DNA of 64,000 nt from an uncultured Actinomycetes bacterium (GTDB lineage: Bacteria > Actinomycetota > UBA4738 > HRBIN12). Positions 1 to 9,385 of this stretch are shown piece by piece (within the stretch, counting starts at the first letter, position 1; the number at the start of each line of letters is the position of its first letter). The stretch is from contig CAVTIC010000007.1 in the NCBI GenBank assembly GCA_963734685.1, forward strand, positions 317,232 to 381,231, read 5' to 3'. The translations under genes were made by a program, and so were the position numbers. The notes beneath the pieces are model-generated. The model ran no database searches. It worked only from the letters and a program-made list of their open reading frames with translations, and was not told where the DNA came from.

Positions 1-594
1 CGCTTCGGCGACCTGATCATCGCCGATCACCTCGGGCGGCCGACGGACTGGCTGTTCGCGTGGCGGTACCGGGGTGGCGCGATCGCGCCGCCGTTCTCCT
101 GTCAGGACGGGTTGTGCCAGGCGCAGTTGCAGGGCGGACACCTCGAGACGATCAGCCGCGAGGGAACGAGGCTGCTCGACGATGCCGGACGCGAGATCGC
201 CCACGGGGTCGGGGTCCACCAGACCGCCCTCTACGACATGATGAGCGCCGCCGCGCTCTTCGTGGTGCTCTACGTCGTGCTGATGCGGAAGCCGCGCCGT
301 GAGGGCATCCTCACCCTCACGTTCGGGCTCTGGTACGGCCTGTCGCGCATCGTCGAGGACTCACTCCGCATCGACAAGCGGTTCTTCGGGCTCACGGGCA
401 GCCAATGGACCGCGCTCGCGGTGGCGACGACCTGCGCGTCGCTGCTCGCCTGGTTCGCTTCACGACCCGACCCCGACGCACCGACGGGTGGCGGTCCGGC
501 TCTCGAACCCGAACACCGCTCCGCCGACGAACCGACGGACGTCGGACAGATCACCGAGCCACGGTCCGAGCATGAGGCGGAGGCCACACCGTGA
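1..594 (+). CDS. lgt: Prolipoprotein diacylglyceryl transferase, 5'-truncated by window edge
   Basis: Frame open from base 1: RFGDLIIADHLGRPTDW, then HQTALYD, YGLSRIVEDSLR and GLTGSQW, matching Lgt C-terminal motifs. Confidence 0.8.
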   Translation, partial: RFGDLIIADHLGRPTDWLFAWRYRGGAIAPPFSCQDGLCQAQLQGGHLETISREGTRLLDDAGREIAHGVGVHQTALYDMMSAAALFVVLYVVLMRKPRREGILTLTFGLWYGLSRIVEDSLRIDKRFFGLTGSQWTALAVATTCASLLAWFASRPDPDAPTGGGPALEPEHRSADEPTDVGQITEPRSEHEAEATP

Positions 595-986
595 CGACCT
601 TGGCGCCCCTGCGCATCGTCGTCCTTCCGGGCGCCTACACGATCTGCCGCTTCGAGCCCGGTGTTCCCGTGCCGGCGTGGGTGGGAGGTCCGTTCACGTC
701 GATCACCCGCACCTCGAGCGAACTCTCGATCGTGTGCCGGGCCGACCGTGTCCCCGCGGAGGTGCCGGGCGAGGACGGCTGGCGATGTCTGCAGCTCGAC
801 GACACGTTCGACCTGTCGCAGGTCGGCGTGCTCCATTCCGTCACACAGCCGCTCGCCGCTGCAGGCATCTCGATGTTCACCATAGCGACCTTCGAGACCG
901 ACTACACGCTCGTGCGTCGGCTCGACGCGGCGGTGCGAGCGCTCCGCGCCGCAGGGCACGAGATCGCCGGCGACCTCGACGACTGA
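591..986 (+). CDS. ACT-domain protein (CASTOR/ACT_7-like)
   Basis: SITRTSSELSIVC, GWRCLQL, VGVLHSVTQPLAAAGISMFTIATFETDYTLV; GTGA overlap with lgt. Confidence 0.8.
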   Translation: MTTLAPLRIVVLPGAYTICRFEPGVPVPAWVGGPFTSITRTSSELSIVCRADRVPAEVPGEDGWRCLQLDDTFDLSQVGVLHSVTQPLAAAGISMFTIATFETDYTLVRRLDAAVRALRAAGHEIAGDLDD

Positions 987-997
987 TCCAGCCGAGA

Positions 998-2110
998 CTA
1001 GCTCGCCGGCCCGCTGGCCATCAGCGTGAGCGGCTTCCCGACCTTGGATTTCGTCGCACGAACCACCGCGTCGGCGGCGTCGCGCAGCGCCACGCTCGCC
1101 GGCGCGTCGGGATGCGATACCACGATCGGCTCGCCGATGTCGCCGCCCTCGCGCATCGCGGGCATCAGCGGCACCTGGGCCATCAGCGGCACGCCGAGGT
1201 GCTCGGCGGCGTCACGGCCGCCCCCTTCGCCGAAGATCGGCTCGCGCTCACCGCAGTGCGGGCAGACGAACCAGCTCATGTTCTCCACGACTCCGATCGG
1301 CCGCAGGTTCGTGCGCTCGGCCATCCTGCCCGACCGCTCGGCCACGGTGCGGGCGGCTTCCTGCGGGGTCGTGACGACGAGCATCGATGCGCCCGGCAGG
1401 AACGAGGCCAAGGAGATCGAGACGTCGCCGGTGCCCGGCGGCAGATCGCAGAGCAGGAAGTCCAGGTCGCCCCAGTACACGTCGCCCAGGAACTGCTCGA
1501 TCGCCTTGTGCAGCATCGGCCCGCGCCAGATCACCGGGGTGTCCTCGGGAACGAAGAAGCCCATCGAGATGACCTTCACGCCGTATCCCTCGAGGGGCAG
1601 GATCATGTTCTCGAAGCCGACGGGCTTCCCCGAGACCCCCAGCATGCGAGGCACGCTGAATCCCCAGACGTCGGCGTCCAGGACGCCCACCTTCCTGCCG
1701 TCGGCCGCGAGCGCGGCGGCGAGGTTCACCGTGACCGAGGACTTGCCCACGCCACCCTTGCCCGACGCCACGGCGATCACGGAGGTCGACGAAGGGAACT
1801 GGATCTTCTGCTGCGCGGTCGGCGCGCCGCCCCGCAGCTGCGAGACCAGCGCCTCGCGCTGCTGTTGGCTCATGGGGGTGAGTCGAACGTCGACCCGCTC
1901 GACCCCGTCGAGCGGTTGCACGGCCCCCGTGACGTCTTGGGTGATGCGGTCCTTCAGCGGACAGCCCTCGATCGTGATCAGCACGTGCACCTCGACCAGG
2001 CCGCCGTTGATAGAGATCGACTGCAGCATGCCGATGTCCTCGATCGGCCGCCCGATCTCTGGGTCCATCACTCCTCGAAGCGCTTCACGCACCTGCTGTT
2101 CGGTGGCCAC
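998..2110 (-). CDS. mrp: Mrp/NBP35 (ApbC) Fe-S cluster carrier ATPase
   Basis: N-terminal DUF59-like VMDPEIG..GCPL; ASGKGGVGKSS; DADVWG; WRGPML; DLPPGTGD; ENMSWFVCPHC. Confidence 0.93.
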   Translation of the reverse strand: MATEQQVREALRGVMDPEIGRPIEDIGMLQSISINGGLVEVHVLITIEGCPLKDRITQDVTGAVQPLDGVERVDVRLTPMSQQQREALVSQLRGGAPTAQQKIQFPSSTSVIAVASGKGGVGKSSVTVNLAAALAADGRKVGVLDADVWGFSVPRMLGVSGKPVGFENMILPLEGYGVKVISMGFFVPEDTPVIWRGPMLHKAIEQFLGDVYWGDLDFLLCDLPPGTGDVSISLASFLPGASMLVVTTPQEAARTVAERSGRMAERTNLRPIGVVENMSWFVCPHCGEREPIFGEGGGRDAAEHLGVPLMAQVPLMPAMREGGDIGEPIVVSHPDAPASVALRDAADAVVRATKSKVGKPLTLMASGPAS

Positions 2111-2148
2111 GTCCGCCCCTTTCGCGGGCTCCCGGTTGCTCTAAGATT

Positions 2149-2176
2149 GATTCGCACGGTGTTCACCGTGGAAATC
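2149..2176. promoter_or_regulatory. Inverted repeat, candidate operator between mrp and the divergent regulator
   Basis: GATT-cg-CACGGTG-tt-CACCGTG-ga-AATC in an 89 bp divergent intergenic gap. Confidence 0.55.
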
Positions 2177-2199
2177 CATGATACGTCCGGAGCGGAGAG

Positions 2200-2880
2200 A
2201 TGCCGGAGCCCTCACCGATCGAGGTCCACAAGGCGTTGGCCGACGCCACCCGGTACCGGTGTTACCGGTTCCTCCGTCTGTCCGGCCGTCCGGTGACGGT
2301 GCGTGAGCTCTCGACCCGGCTCTCGCTCCACGTGAACACGCTGCGACCCCATCTGCGACGGCTGGAAGATGCCGGGCTGGTCACGAGTGAGGTGCAGCGG
2401 GGCGGGTCGTCGGTGGGGCGGCCGCACACCGTGTACTCGGCGGTCGACCGTGAGGAGCGGGCGGGCCGGGACTTCCGACTGCTCGCCGACATCCTCGCGG
2501 GCCAACTCACCGGGAGCCGGCAGCGCGAGCGCGCCGTGGACACCGCTCGCGAGTGGGGTGCGTACCTCGTGGGACGCGCCGCTCCGAGGCCGGGTGCTCG
2601 TACCCCCAGCGGCCCGAACCTCGCGGCGCTGCAAGAGGCTCTGGCCGAGGCGGGCTTCGTTCCCCGCTTCCGCAGGCGTGGCCGTACCCGCGTCGACATC
2701 ACCCTGCGTGACTGCCCCTTCCGCGATCTGCTGGACGAGCATCGCGAGCTCGTGTGCTCGATCCATCGCGGCCTGCTCGAAGGCATGCTGGCGGGGTCGC
2801 GGCCACCGATGCGTCTCGACACCTTCGAGCCGCTCGCCGACCGGTCGGCCGTGTGCAAGCTGAGCGCCGTCCGCGCCTGA
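2200..2880 (+). CDS. ArsR/SufR-like winged-HTH regulator with Cys-containing C-terminal sensor domain
   Basis: N-terminal wHTH (HVNTLRPHLRRLEDAGLV..GRP..Y); C-terminal CPF-x11-CxxH and a distal Cys. Confidence 0.8.
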   Translation: MPEPSPIEVHKALADATRYRCYRFLRLSGRPVTVRELSTRLSLHVNTLRPHLRRLEDAGLVTSEVQRGGSSVGRPHTVYSAVDREERAGRDFRLLADILAGQLTGSRQRERAVDTAREWGAYLVGRAAPRPGARTPSGPNLAALQEALAEAGFVPRFRRRGRTRVDITLRDCPFRDLLDEHRELVCSIHRGLLEGMLAGSRPPMRLDTFEPLADRSAVCKLSAVRA

Positions 2881-3020
2881 GTCGCGCTACGTACGTATCG
2901 CGGCCCGGAACCTCACGACCTCGGACTGAAGTCCGAGCCGGTCTCGTCCGATGCAAGGGGAGAGCCGGACGGCAGGGGCCGTACGGCGCGACCACATCAT
3001 CTGCGGCGGAGGAAGCAAGC

Positions 3021-4142
3021 ATGGAGCAGACGGCGACGATGTCGTCCGACGGCACACCCATCGTTCCCGAATTCAACGCGTGGCTGCAGCGCCTCGTGGC
3101 CGGCGAGGGCTCCGACCTGCACGTCAAGGTCGGGTCGCCACCCATGATCCGACTGCCCAAGGGGTTGCACCGGCTCGACCGAGACCCGTTGACCGGCATC
3201 GAGTGTCAAGCGATCGCCGAAGGCATCATCCCTCCCGATCGCATGGCCAGATTCCTGGAGACCGGCGAGGTGGACTTCGCCTACTCGATCCCGAACGTGG
3301 GGCGGTTCCGCGTCAACGTGTTCCGTCAGCGTGGTTCGATCAGCATGGTGCTTCGGAAGCTCCGCTTCGGCGGACCGGCGTTCGAGGAGATCGGGCTGCC
3401 CGACGCCGTGCGGAAGATCGCGGACGAGCAGCGCGGTCTGGTGCTCGTGACAGGCCCCACCGGATCGGGCAAGACCACGACCCTGGCCGCGATGATCGAC
3501 TACATCAACAAGAAGAAGCCGGTGCATATCGTGACGATCGAGGACCCGATCGAGGTGTTGCACCGCGACGATGTCGCCGCGATCAACCAGCGCGAGGTGG
3601 GCAACGACACGCAGGACTTCCTGGTGGCGCTGCGTGCGGCGCTGCGCCAGGACCCCGACGTGATCCTGATCGGGGAGATGCGCGACACGGAGACGGTGCG
3701 CGCGGCGATCGCGGCCGCTGAGACCGGCCACCTCGTGATGTCGACGCTGCACACCGTCGACGCGACCGAGACCGTGAACCGCGTGATCGATTTCTTCCCG
3801 CCCTACCAGCAGAAGCAGGTCCGGCTCGCCCTGGCCGGCACGCTGCGCGGCATCATCTGTCAGCGGCTCGTGCCGACCGTCGACGGCGGTCGTGTTCCGG
3901 GCCTCGAGATCCTGATCAACACGGGCCGCGTCGCCGAGCGCATCGCCGACCCGGACAAGACGAACGAGATCAAGGACGTGATCCAGGACGGCAGCTTCTA
4001 CGGCATGATCACCTTCGACCAGAGCCTGCTGCAGCTCGTGCAGGACGGGAAGGTCACGGTCGAGGACGCTTTCCAGGCGGTCTCGAACCGGCACGACTTC
4101 GAGCTGGCGATGCAGCAGGCGGGCATGCCGATCCCTGTCTGA
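3021..4142 (+). CDS. pilT: PilT/PilU family type IV pilus retraction ATPase
   Basis: GSDLH, GRFRVNVF, GPTGSGKTTTL, TIEDPIE, ALRQDPDVILIGEMRD, AETGHLVMSTLHT, GMITFDQSL; GGAGG upstream. Confidence 0.92.
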   Translation: MEQTATMSSDGTPIVPEFNAWLQRLVAGEGSDLHVKVGSPPMIRLPKGLHRLDRDPLTGIECQAIAEGIIPPDRMARFLETGEVDFAYSIPNVGRFRVNVFRQRGSISMVLRKLRFGGPAFEEIGLPDAVRKIADEQRGLVLVTGPTGSGKTTTLAAMIDYINKKKPVHIVTIEDPIEVLHRDDVAAINQREVGNDTQDFLVALRAALRQDPDVILIGEMRDTETVRAAIAAAETGHLVMSTLHTVDATETVNRVIDFFPPYQQKQVRLALAGTLRGIICQRLVPTVDGGRVPGLEILINTGRVAERIADPDKTNEIKDVIQDGSFYGMITFDQSLLQLVQDGKVTVEDAFQAVSNRHDFELAMQQAGMPIPV

Positions 4143-4163
4143 GTTACGGGGACCGGGCAGGTA

Positions 4164-4697
4164 TCAGGTCGCGGTGGAGCGGCTTCGCACGGCCGCGAAG
4201 CCCGTGCCGGCTGCGGCGCCGACCACGAGCCCGATCGCGCCCGCCACGATCCAACCGCCGACGTCGGAGGTGGGCAGGGCCGAGGCTGCGATGGGTTGGG
4301 GTCCGCCGACCGCGGCCACGCTCGTGCTCGAGCCGTCGTCGCCGATCACGATCGAGCCAGACATGCCTGGATGCAGCGAGCACGCGTATGCGTACACGCC
4401 TTCATCGGCGAACGAGGTCGTGTAGCGATCGCCTCCGCCCAGGTCCTCGAAGTGTCCCCAGCCGTTCGCCGACACGTTGTGCGTGAAGTCGTCGCGATTG
4501 ACGAACGTGATCGTCTCCCCCGGCCGGGCGAACAGCGTGGTGGGCGTGAAGCAGGCATCGACCATCTCGATGCGGGTGCCCCGGGCCTCCGTCACGCCGC
4601 CGTGGCATCCACCGCCGGCCGCTGCCGCGGTCATGCCGGCGAACGCCCCCATGCTGCCGAGCGCCACGATCGTCGCCACCTTGTGTGTCCGTGTCAT
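4164..4697 (-). CDS. Exported cupredoxin (plastocyanin/azurin-like) with C-terminal membrane anchor
   Basis: Signal-like N-terminus; type-1 Cu ligands HNV...CSLHPGM; C-terminal TM helix followed by basic residues; GAGGAG RBS. Confidence 0.82.
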   Translation of the reverse strand: MTRTHKVATIVALGSMGAFAGMTAAAAGGGCHGGVTEARGTRIEMVDACFTPTTLFARPGETITFVNRDDFTHNVSANGWGHFEDLGGGDRYTTSFADEGVYAYACSLHPGMSGSIVIGDDGSSTSVAAVGGPQPIAASALPTSDVGGWIVAGAIGLVVGAAAGTGFAAVRSRSTAT

Positions 4698-4733
4698 GGA
4701 ACAGCCCTCCTCGGTCGGCGTCCACACCCCACG

Positions 4734-4759
4734 TACACCGGTGATCGCGAGGAGGTTCC
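4734..4759 (-). promoter_or_regulatory. Candidate ECF sigma promoter upstream of the cupredoxin
   Basis: Minus strand GGAACC-N14-GGTGTA; same elements and spacing as at 6191-6216. Confidence 0.6.
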
Positions 4760-4777
4760 GGGTTCAGCCGAGCTCGA

Positions 4778-5584
4778 TCACGGGCGCTCCACGGATTCGG
4801 CGATCGCGATCGCCCGATGCTTGGGCAACGCCGTCTCGAGCCGGAAGGTGAATCCAGCATCCTGCCAGATCAGCACGTTGCCGGTGACGAGCAGCCGGCG
4901 CGTCTCGTCGCCGCTCACGAGCAACAACTCGTGCTCGCCGCTCGTCCAGAACGCATCGCGTCCCTCGACGATCGCCTCGCCGAATCGGTTCGTCTCTGCG
5001 GAGAGCAGCTTCGAGGCGACCTCCCACTCGCCGCGGAACTGCATCAGCACGGCTCCGGCGTCGCTCTCGTGGATCCGGGGGAGGCCGGCCGAGGGCGACC
5101 ATGCCGTCACGATGCGCACGGCGACGTCGTCGGGATCGAGGCCCATCTCGGCCTCGTCGACCCACGCACGAGAGGGCGGCCCGAGCGCCGAGGGCAGCGC
5201 GGGCGCGAACCCGGCGATCGCGCTGGTTTCCCGGAGCGCGACCTCGCGCCCGAGGTCGTCCTCGGTCGCGACGTTCGACGGCAACGCGGTCGGCCGGCCC
5301 GGCAGCACCTGTACCGCCACGGCGCCGAGCTCGATCACCATGCGAGCGGCGAGCGCGACGCCTGCGAGCGCGAGGAGCGCCGCGGCGATGACGAGCAGCG
5401 TGCGACGCCGACTCGGCAGCCGGAGTCGGGGCGCCACCAGCGAGGGCGCGGCTTGTTGCTCGCGGATCGTGGTGCCGACGGCGCTCGCCAGGTCGGCGGC
5501 GGCGGGCCAGGCGAGCTCGTCGCGCAGCGTGGTGATGGCCGCGCCGATCTGCTCGTCGGTCATCGCGTGCAGCCGTTCGCTCAT
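4778..5584 (-). CDS. Single-pass membrane protein, probable anti-sigma factor
   Basis: Short cytoplasmic N-terminus, one TM (LLVIAAALLALAGVALAA), extracellular domain ending LIWQDAGFTFRLE; ATGA-coupled to ECF sigma. Confidence 0.6.
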   Translation of the reverse strand: MSERLHAMTDEQIGAAITTLRDELAWPAAADLASAVGTTIREQQAAPSLVAPRLRLPSRRRTLLVIAAALLALAGVALAARMVIELGAVAVQVLPGRPTALPSNVATEDDLGREVALRETSAIAGFAPALPSALGPPSRAWVDEAEMGLDPDDVAVRIVTAWSPSAGLPRIHESDAGAVLMQFRGEWEVASKLLSAETNRFGEAIVEGRDAFWTSGEHELLLVSGDETRRLLVTGNVLIWQDAGFTFRLETALPKHRAIAIAESVERP

Positions 5585-6177
5585 GGCTCCTCCACGTGAG
5601 TGAGCGGCGTGGCCGTGGCGAGCTCCGTTCGCAGGCGCACGAGCGCCCGGGAGAGCCGCGACTTCACCGTGCCAGGCCGTACGTCGAGCGCCTCGGCGGT
5701 CTCGGCCTCACTCATCTCGAACAGGTAGCGGTAGGCCACGACGAGCCGGTCACGTTCAGGGAGCCGGTCGAGCGCGGCGGCGAGCGCCTCGGTGTCGGCC
5801 CGGGCGAGGGCCGCGACCTCGGGGGACGGGGCCGCATCCCTCGTCTCGGTCGCGGCCAGCCGCAGGGTGAGGCCGTCGCGGCGGCGGGAGGATCGGCCAC
5901 GGTTGCGCGCCTCGTTCGCGACGATCCGCAGGATCCACGGACGGAACGGAGCCCCCGGCCGGAACCTGGGGAGCGCGTAGAAGGCCTTCACGAACGCCTC
6001 TTGCACGGCATCCTCCGCATCGCCACGGTTGCGCACCACCAGCCAGGCGACGCGGAGGGCGATGCCCTGGTACCGCGTCACCAGCTCCTCGTACGCGCCG
6101 ACGTCGCCGTCGCGTGCGCGCGCGGTGAGCTCGGCGTCCTCCGAGGGTCGGCCCTCCACGGGGCGCAGTTCCGTCAC
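5581..6177 (-). CDS. ECF RNA polymerase sigma-70 factor
   Basis: Region 2 DAEDAVQEAFVKAF..FRPWILRIVANEARN; region 4 SEAETAEALDVRPGTVKSRLSRA; start uncertain (6177 or 6159). Confidence 0.9.
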   Translation of the reverse strand: MTELRPVEGRPSEDAELTARARDGDVGAYEELVTRYQGIALRVAWLVVRNRGDAEDAVQEAFVKAFYALPRFRPGAPFRPWILRIVANEARNRGRSSRRRDGLTLRLAATETRDAAPSPEVAALARADTEALAAALDRLPERDRLVVAYRYLFEMSEAETAEALDVRPGTVKSRLSRALVRLRTELATATPLTHVEEP

Positions 6178-6190
6178 CGTTCGGACGTCA

Positions 6191-6216
6191 TACACCACTG
6201 GAGACGTCGAGGTTCC
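6191..6216 (-). promoter_or_regulatory. Candidate autoregulatory ECF promoter
   Basis: Minus strand GGAACC-N14-GGTGTA just upstream of the sigma gene. Confidence 0.6.
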
Positions 6217-6282
6217 TGGACGCCGAGGGCGTCGGCCGCGTCTGCGCCCCGCCAACGCACTCTGAGCTCCGATCGAGCCCGG

Positions 6283-7227
6283 TCAGGCTGGAGCCACCGC
6301 CTGCGCCTGGTCGGATCCGGACGAACCGTTGCTCGCCGCATCGGACAGCGCTGCGAAGCCGGCCACGAGTCCGGAGAGCTCCATCGGCACGACGATCTTC
6401 GACGACGGCGACACGCCGAGCGCCTTCAGCGTCTCGAGGTACTGCAGGCGCATCGTGTTCACCGCGGCGCCCGACGCCTGCTCGTTGATCGTCTTCAGCG
6501 CGAGGGCGAAACCCTCGGCGCGCAGGATCGCGGCCTGCCGATCACCCTCGGCGGTCAAGATCGCCGACTGCTTCGAGCCCTCGGCGTTCAGGATCGCGGC
6601 TTCCTTGTTGCCCTCGGCCACCGTGATCGCGGCGGCCTTCGCGCCGTCGGCTTCGGTGACGACCGCGCGACGCGTACGCTCGGCGGACATCTGCCGGGTC
6701 ATCGCCTCCTGCACCGAGGCGGGCGGGATGATCTCGCGGATCTCGACGTTCGTGACCTTGACACCCCACCGCTCGGTGACCTCGTCGAGCTTGATGCGCA
6801 GCAGGGTGTTGATCTCGTCGCGCTTGGCGAGCATGTCGTCCAGGGGGATGTCGCCGATCACCGCGCGCAGGGTCGTCGAGGCGATGTTCAGCGCCGCGCC
6901 GGCGAAGTTACCGACCTGCACCACGGACGTCTGCGCGTCCATCACCTTGTAGAACATCACGAAGTCCACCGCGATCGGTGCGTTGTCTTTCGTGATCGAG
7001 TCCTGTCGGGGGATCTCCAGGTAGAACTCCCGCAGGTCGACCGTGATGCCTCTGTCGACGAAGGGGATCAGGATCACGAGTCCTGGACCCTTCTGACCGA
7101 GCAGGCGACCGAGCCGGAACACGACCAGGCGCTGGTATTCGGGCACGATGCGGATCGCCTTCGCCAGGAACAGCACGACCAGCACGACCACCACGATCAG
7201 GGCGATCAGGGCGGCACTGATCTCCAT
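6283..7227 (-). CDS. SPFH/Band 7 (stomatin-like) membrane protein
   Basis: N-terminal TM, IVPEYQRLVVFRLGR, ITKDN, WGVKVTNVEIREI, QMSAERTRRA coiled coil; GGAGG RBS. Confidence 0.92.
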   Translation of the reverse strand: MEISAALIALIVVVVLVVLFLAKAIRIVPEYQRLVVFRLGRLLGQKGPGLVILIPFVDRGITVDLREFYLEIPRQDSITKDNAPIAVDFVMFYKVMDAQTSVVQVGNFAGAALNIASTTLRAVIGDIPLDDMLAKRDEINTLLRIKLDEVTERWGVKVTNVEIREIIPPASVQEAMTRQMSAERTRRAVVTEADGAKAAAITVAEGNKEAAILNAEGSKQSAILTAEGDRQAAILRAEGFALALKTINEQASGAAVNTMRLQYLETLKALGVSPSSKIVVPMELSGLVAGFAALSDAASNGSSGSDQAQAVAPA

Positions 7228-8615
7228 CAGTGGTTCCTCCCTTCCTCGGCCGCCGTGACGGCAGCCGCCTCGTGCTCCATCGGTTCGCGGTCGACGGTGA
7301 GCACGAGACCGTCGAGGCGGATGACCCTGACCGTTGCGCCGGGCGGGATCGGGGAGCCGTCGGCCGAGGTGGCTCGCCACTCCTCGGACGAGACCCGGAC
7401 GATGCCGTCGGGGTTCAACCCGGCGCCGATCGCGATGCCGGTCTGTCCGACGATCACCTCGACGCCCTGGGCGGGCGGCATCTGTCGAATGCGGAGCACC
7501 TTGCGGAGCACCACGGCGAAGAAGAGACCCACGGACACCGCGGTGGCCACCAGCACCACCGGCGAGACCGAGACGCCGCCGGCCCGGTCGTACAGGAACC
7601 ACCCGCCGAGCAGCAGGCAGATCGTGCCCGCGATGCCCCAGACACCGAACCCGGGGGCGTTCAGCTCGACGACCATCAGCACCGCGGCCGCCACGAGCAG
7701 CCCGATGCCGATCAGCTGCACCGGCAACACGCCGAACGACACGATCGCGAGGATCAGCATCGCGGTGCCGATCGTGCCGGAGAAGATGTGGCCCGGCACC
7801 AGCAGTTCCAGCACGATCAGGGCGAGGCCGAGCCAGAAGAAGATGAAGGCGAGCGTGGGATCGAGCAGGGTGTGCAGGAAGCCGACGAGTCCGCCCACGT
7901 TGTGGTCGGTGATCGTCGTTCCGGCCGTCTCGAGCACGACCTCGTCGCCGTCGCCGAGCGTGACGGTCGTGCCGTCGACCTCGGCCAGCAAGGCTTCGGT
8001 GGTCGGTGCGATCAGGTCGATCACGCCGTCGTTCAGGGCTTGCTCGGCACTGATGCTCACGGCCTCGGTCACGAACGACTCGGCGACGTCGGCGTTGCGG
8101 TCGTGCTCCTCGGCGATCGCCCGCATCGAGGCGGCGGCGTCGTTCACGGCCTTGTCGGAGCCGACCGCGCCGTCGATGCCCACGGGCGTGGCGGCGCCCA
8201 CGTTGGTGCCGGGAGCCATCGCCGCCACGTCGCCCGAGAGGAGCACGAACGAGCCTGCCGACGCGGCGCGTGCTCCCGAGGGCGCCACGTAACAGAGGAC
8301 GGGGAGCCGGGCGTTGAGGATCGCCTGCGTGATCTGGCGTGTCGAGGAGACCAGGCCGCCGGGGGTGTCGATCTCGATCAGCACCGCGTTCGCGCCCTCG
8401 TCGCTCGCCTGCGCGATGCCGCTCTCGATGTGGTCCGCCACGAAGGGATCGACCACGCCGTCGAGGTGCATCCGGACGATCGTGCCGGCCGCGGGGCCCG
8501 GGGACTGCGCGGTCGCCGTCGGAACGGAGCGTGCGAGGAGGCCGGACGCCCCGACGACCACGAGGGCCACCGCGATCGCGAGTCGAGCCGAGTGACCCTT
8601 GGACGTCGTCGTCAT
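7227..8615 (-). CDS. nfeD: Long-form NfeD (ClpP-class serine protease domain, TM region, OB fold)
   Basis: IDTPGG, ARAASAG, AMAPGTNVGAATP, multiple TMs, C-terminal GIVRVSSEEWRA; adjacent to SPFH. Confidence 0.88.
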   Translation of the reverse strand: MTTTSKGHSARLAIAVALVVVGASGLLARSVPTATAQSPGPAAGTIVRMHLDGVVDPFVADHIESGIAQASDEGANAVLIEIDTPGGLVSSTRQITQAILNARLPVLCYVAPSGARAASAGSFVLLSGDVAAMAPGTNVGAATPVGIDGAVGSDKAVNDAAASMRAIAEEHDRNADVAESFVTEAVSISAEQALNDGVIDLIAPTTEALLAEVDGTTVTLGDGDEVVLETAGTTITDHNVGGLVGFLHTLLDPTLAFIFFWLGLALIVLELLVPGHIFSGTIGTAMLILAIVSFGVLPVQLIGIGLLVAAAVLMVVELNAPGFGVWGIAGTICLLLGGWFLYDRAGGVSVSPVVLVATAVSVGLFFAVVLRKVLRIRQMPPAQGVEVIVGQTGIAIGAGLNPDGIVRVSSEEWRATSADGSPIPPGATVRVIRLDGLVLTVDREPMEHEAAAVTAAEEGRNH

Positions 8616-8812
8616 CTCCGTGTCATGGATTCGCCACATGTTGCGGTTCGGTTCTCGTTCGGGATCCCACGCAACCGAGCCTAGACGTCCGGCGAACTGC
8701 GTGCAGGGAACCACGCAGAGGCCGATAATCGATCGACGCGATACCGCGACCTCGGGTCGCCACGGCCGCAAGCCGCGATCGTCGCAGGCTCCGTATACCG
8801 GAAGGAAACCGG

Positions 8813-9385
8813 GTGCAGGCTCGGAACGAAGGACCGCTCCTCCCTCGAGAGGAACAGCAGCTGATGGAAGGGCTCCTCGCCGGCGACGACGATGCGATCC
8901 GCGCGCTCTACGCGCGCTACGGCCGACCGATCTACTCGCTCGGTCTGCGTCTGCTGGGCACCCGCGAGTCGGCCGAGGAGCTCACGCAGGACGTCTTCCT
9001 CACGGCGTGGCGCAAGGCCACCCGCTTCGACCCCGCACGAGGCCGGCTCTCGACCTGGCTGATGACGATCGCGCACAACCTGGCGGTCGATCGGCTTCGT
9101 CGCGAGACGGGCGTCACCCGCCCGACCCTCGTGCTCGTCGACGAGGTACCAGATGCTCCGGGCCTCGACGAGGAAGCCGTGCTGATCGAACGTGATGCCG
9201 CCGTGCGAGCGTTGTCCTCGCTCACGGAAGCGGAGCGACGGCTGGTGGCCCGTGCCTACTTCCGTGGCATGACCGCGCGCGAGATCGCCGAGACCGACGG
9301 CATCCCGCTGGGCACGGTCAAGACACGGCTGCGTTCGGCGATGATCAAGGTACGCAAGGCGAACGAGGGCAAGGAGCTCTTGTGA
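8813..9385 (+). CDS. ECF sigma factor, SigK-like
   Basis: AEELTQDVFLTAWRKATRFDPARG, WLMTIAHNLAVDRLR, AYFRGMTAREIAE..IPLGTVKTRLR. Confidence 0.9.
   Translation: MQARNEGPLLPREEQQLMEGLLAGDDDAIRALYARYGRPIYSLGLRLLGTRESAEELTQDVFLTAWRKATRFDPARGRLSTWLMTIAHNLAVDRLRRETGVTRPTLVLVDEVPDAPGLDEEAVLIERDAAVRALSSLTEAERRLVARAYFRGMTAREIAETDGIPLGTVKTRLRSAMIKVRKANEGKELL

Noticed and set aside
2907-2937. GGAACCTC upstream of pilT as a third copy of the ECF promoter
   Set aside because: The -10 element GGTGTA is absent at the matching spacing.
299-8292. Very long alternative-frame ORFs (for example 299-2296 + and 5596-8292 +; likewise 15246-17075 + and 32381-34159 +)
   Set aside because: They are antisense or shifted shadows of well-supported genes, with Arg/Gly/Pro-rich low-information translations expected at high GC.
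8783-8820. SRP RNA-like CCGGAAGGAA sequence
   Set aside because: It lacks the flanking CAGG/GCAGC helix and long stem; it is more simply the RBS region of the sigma gene.
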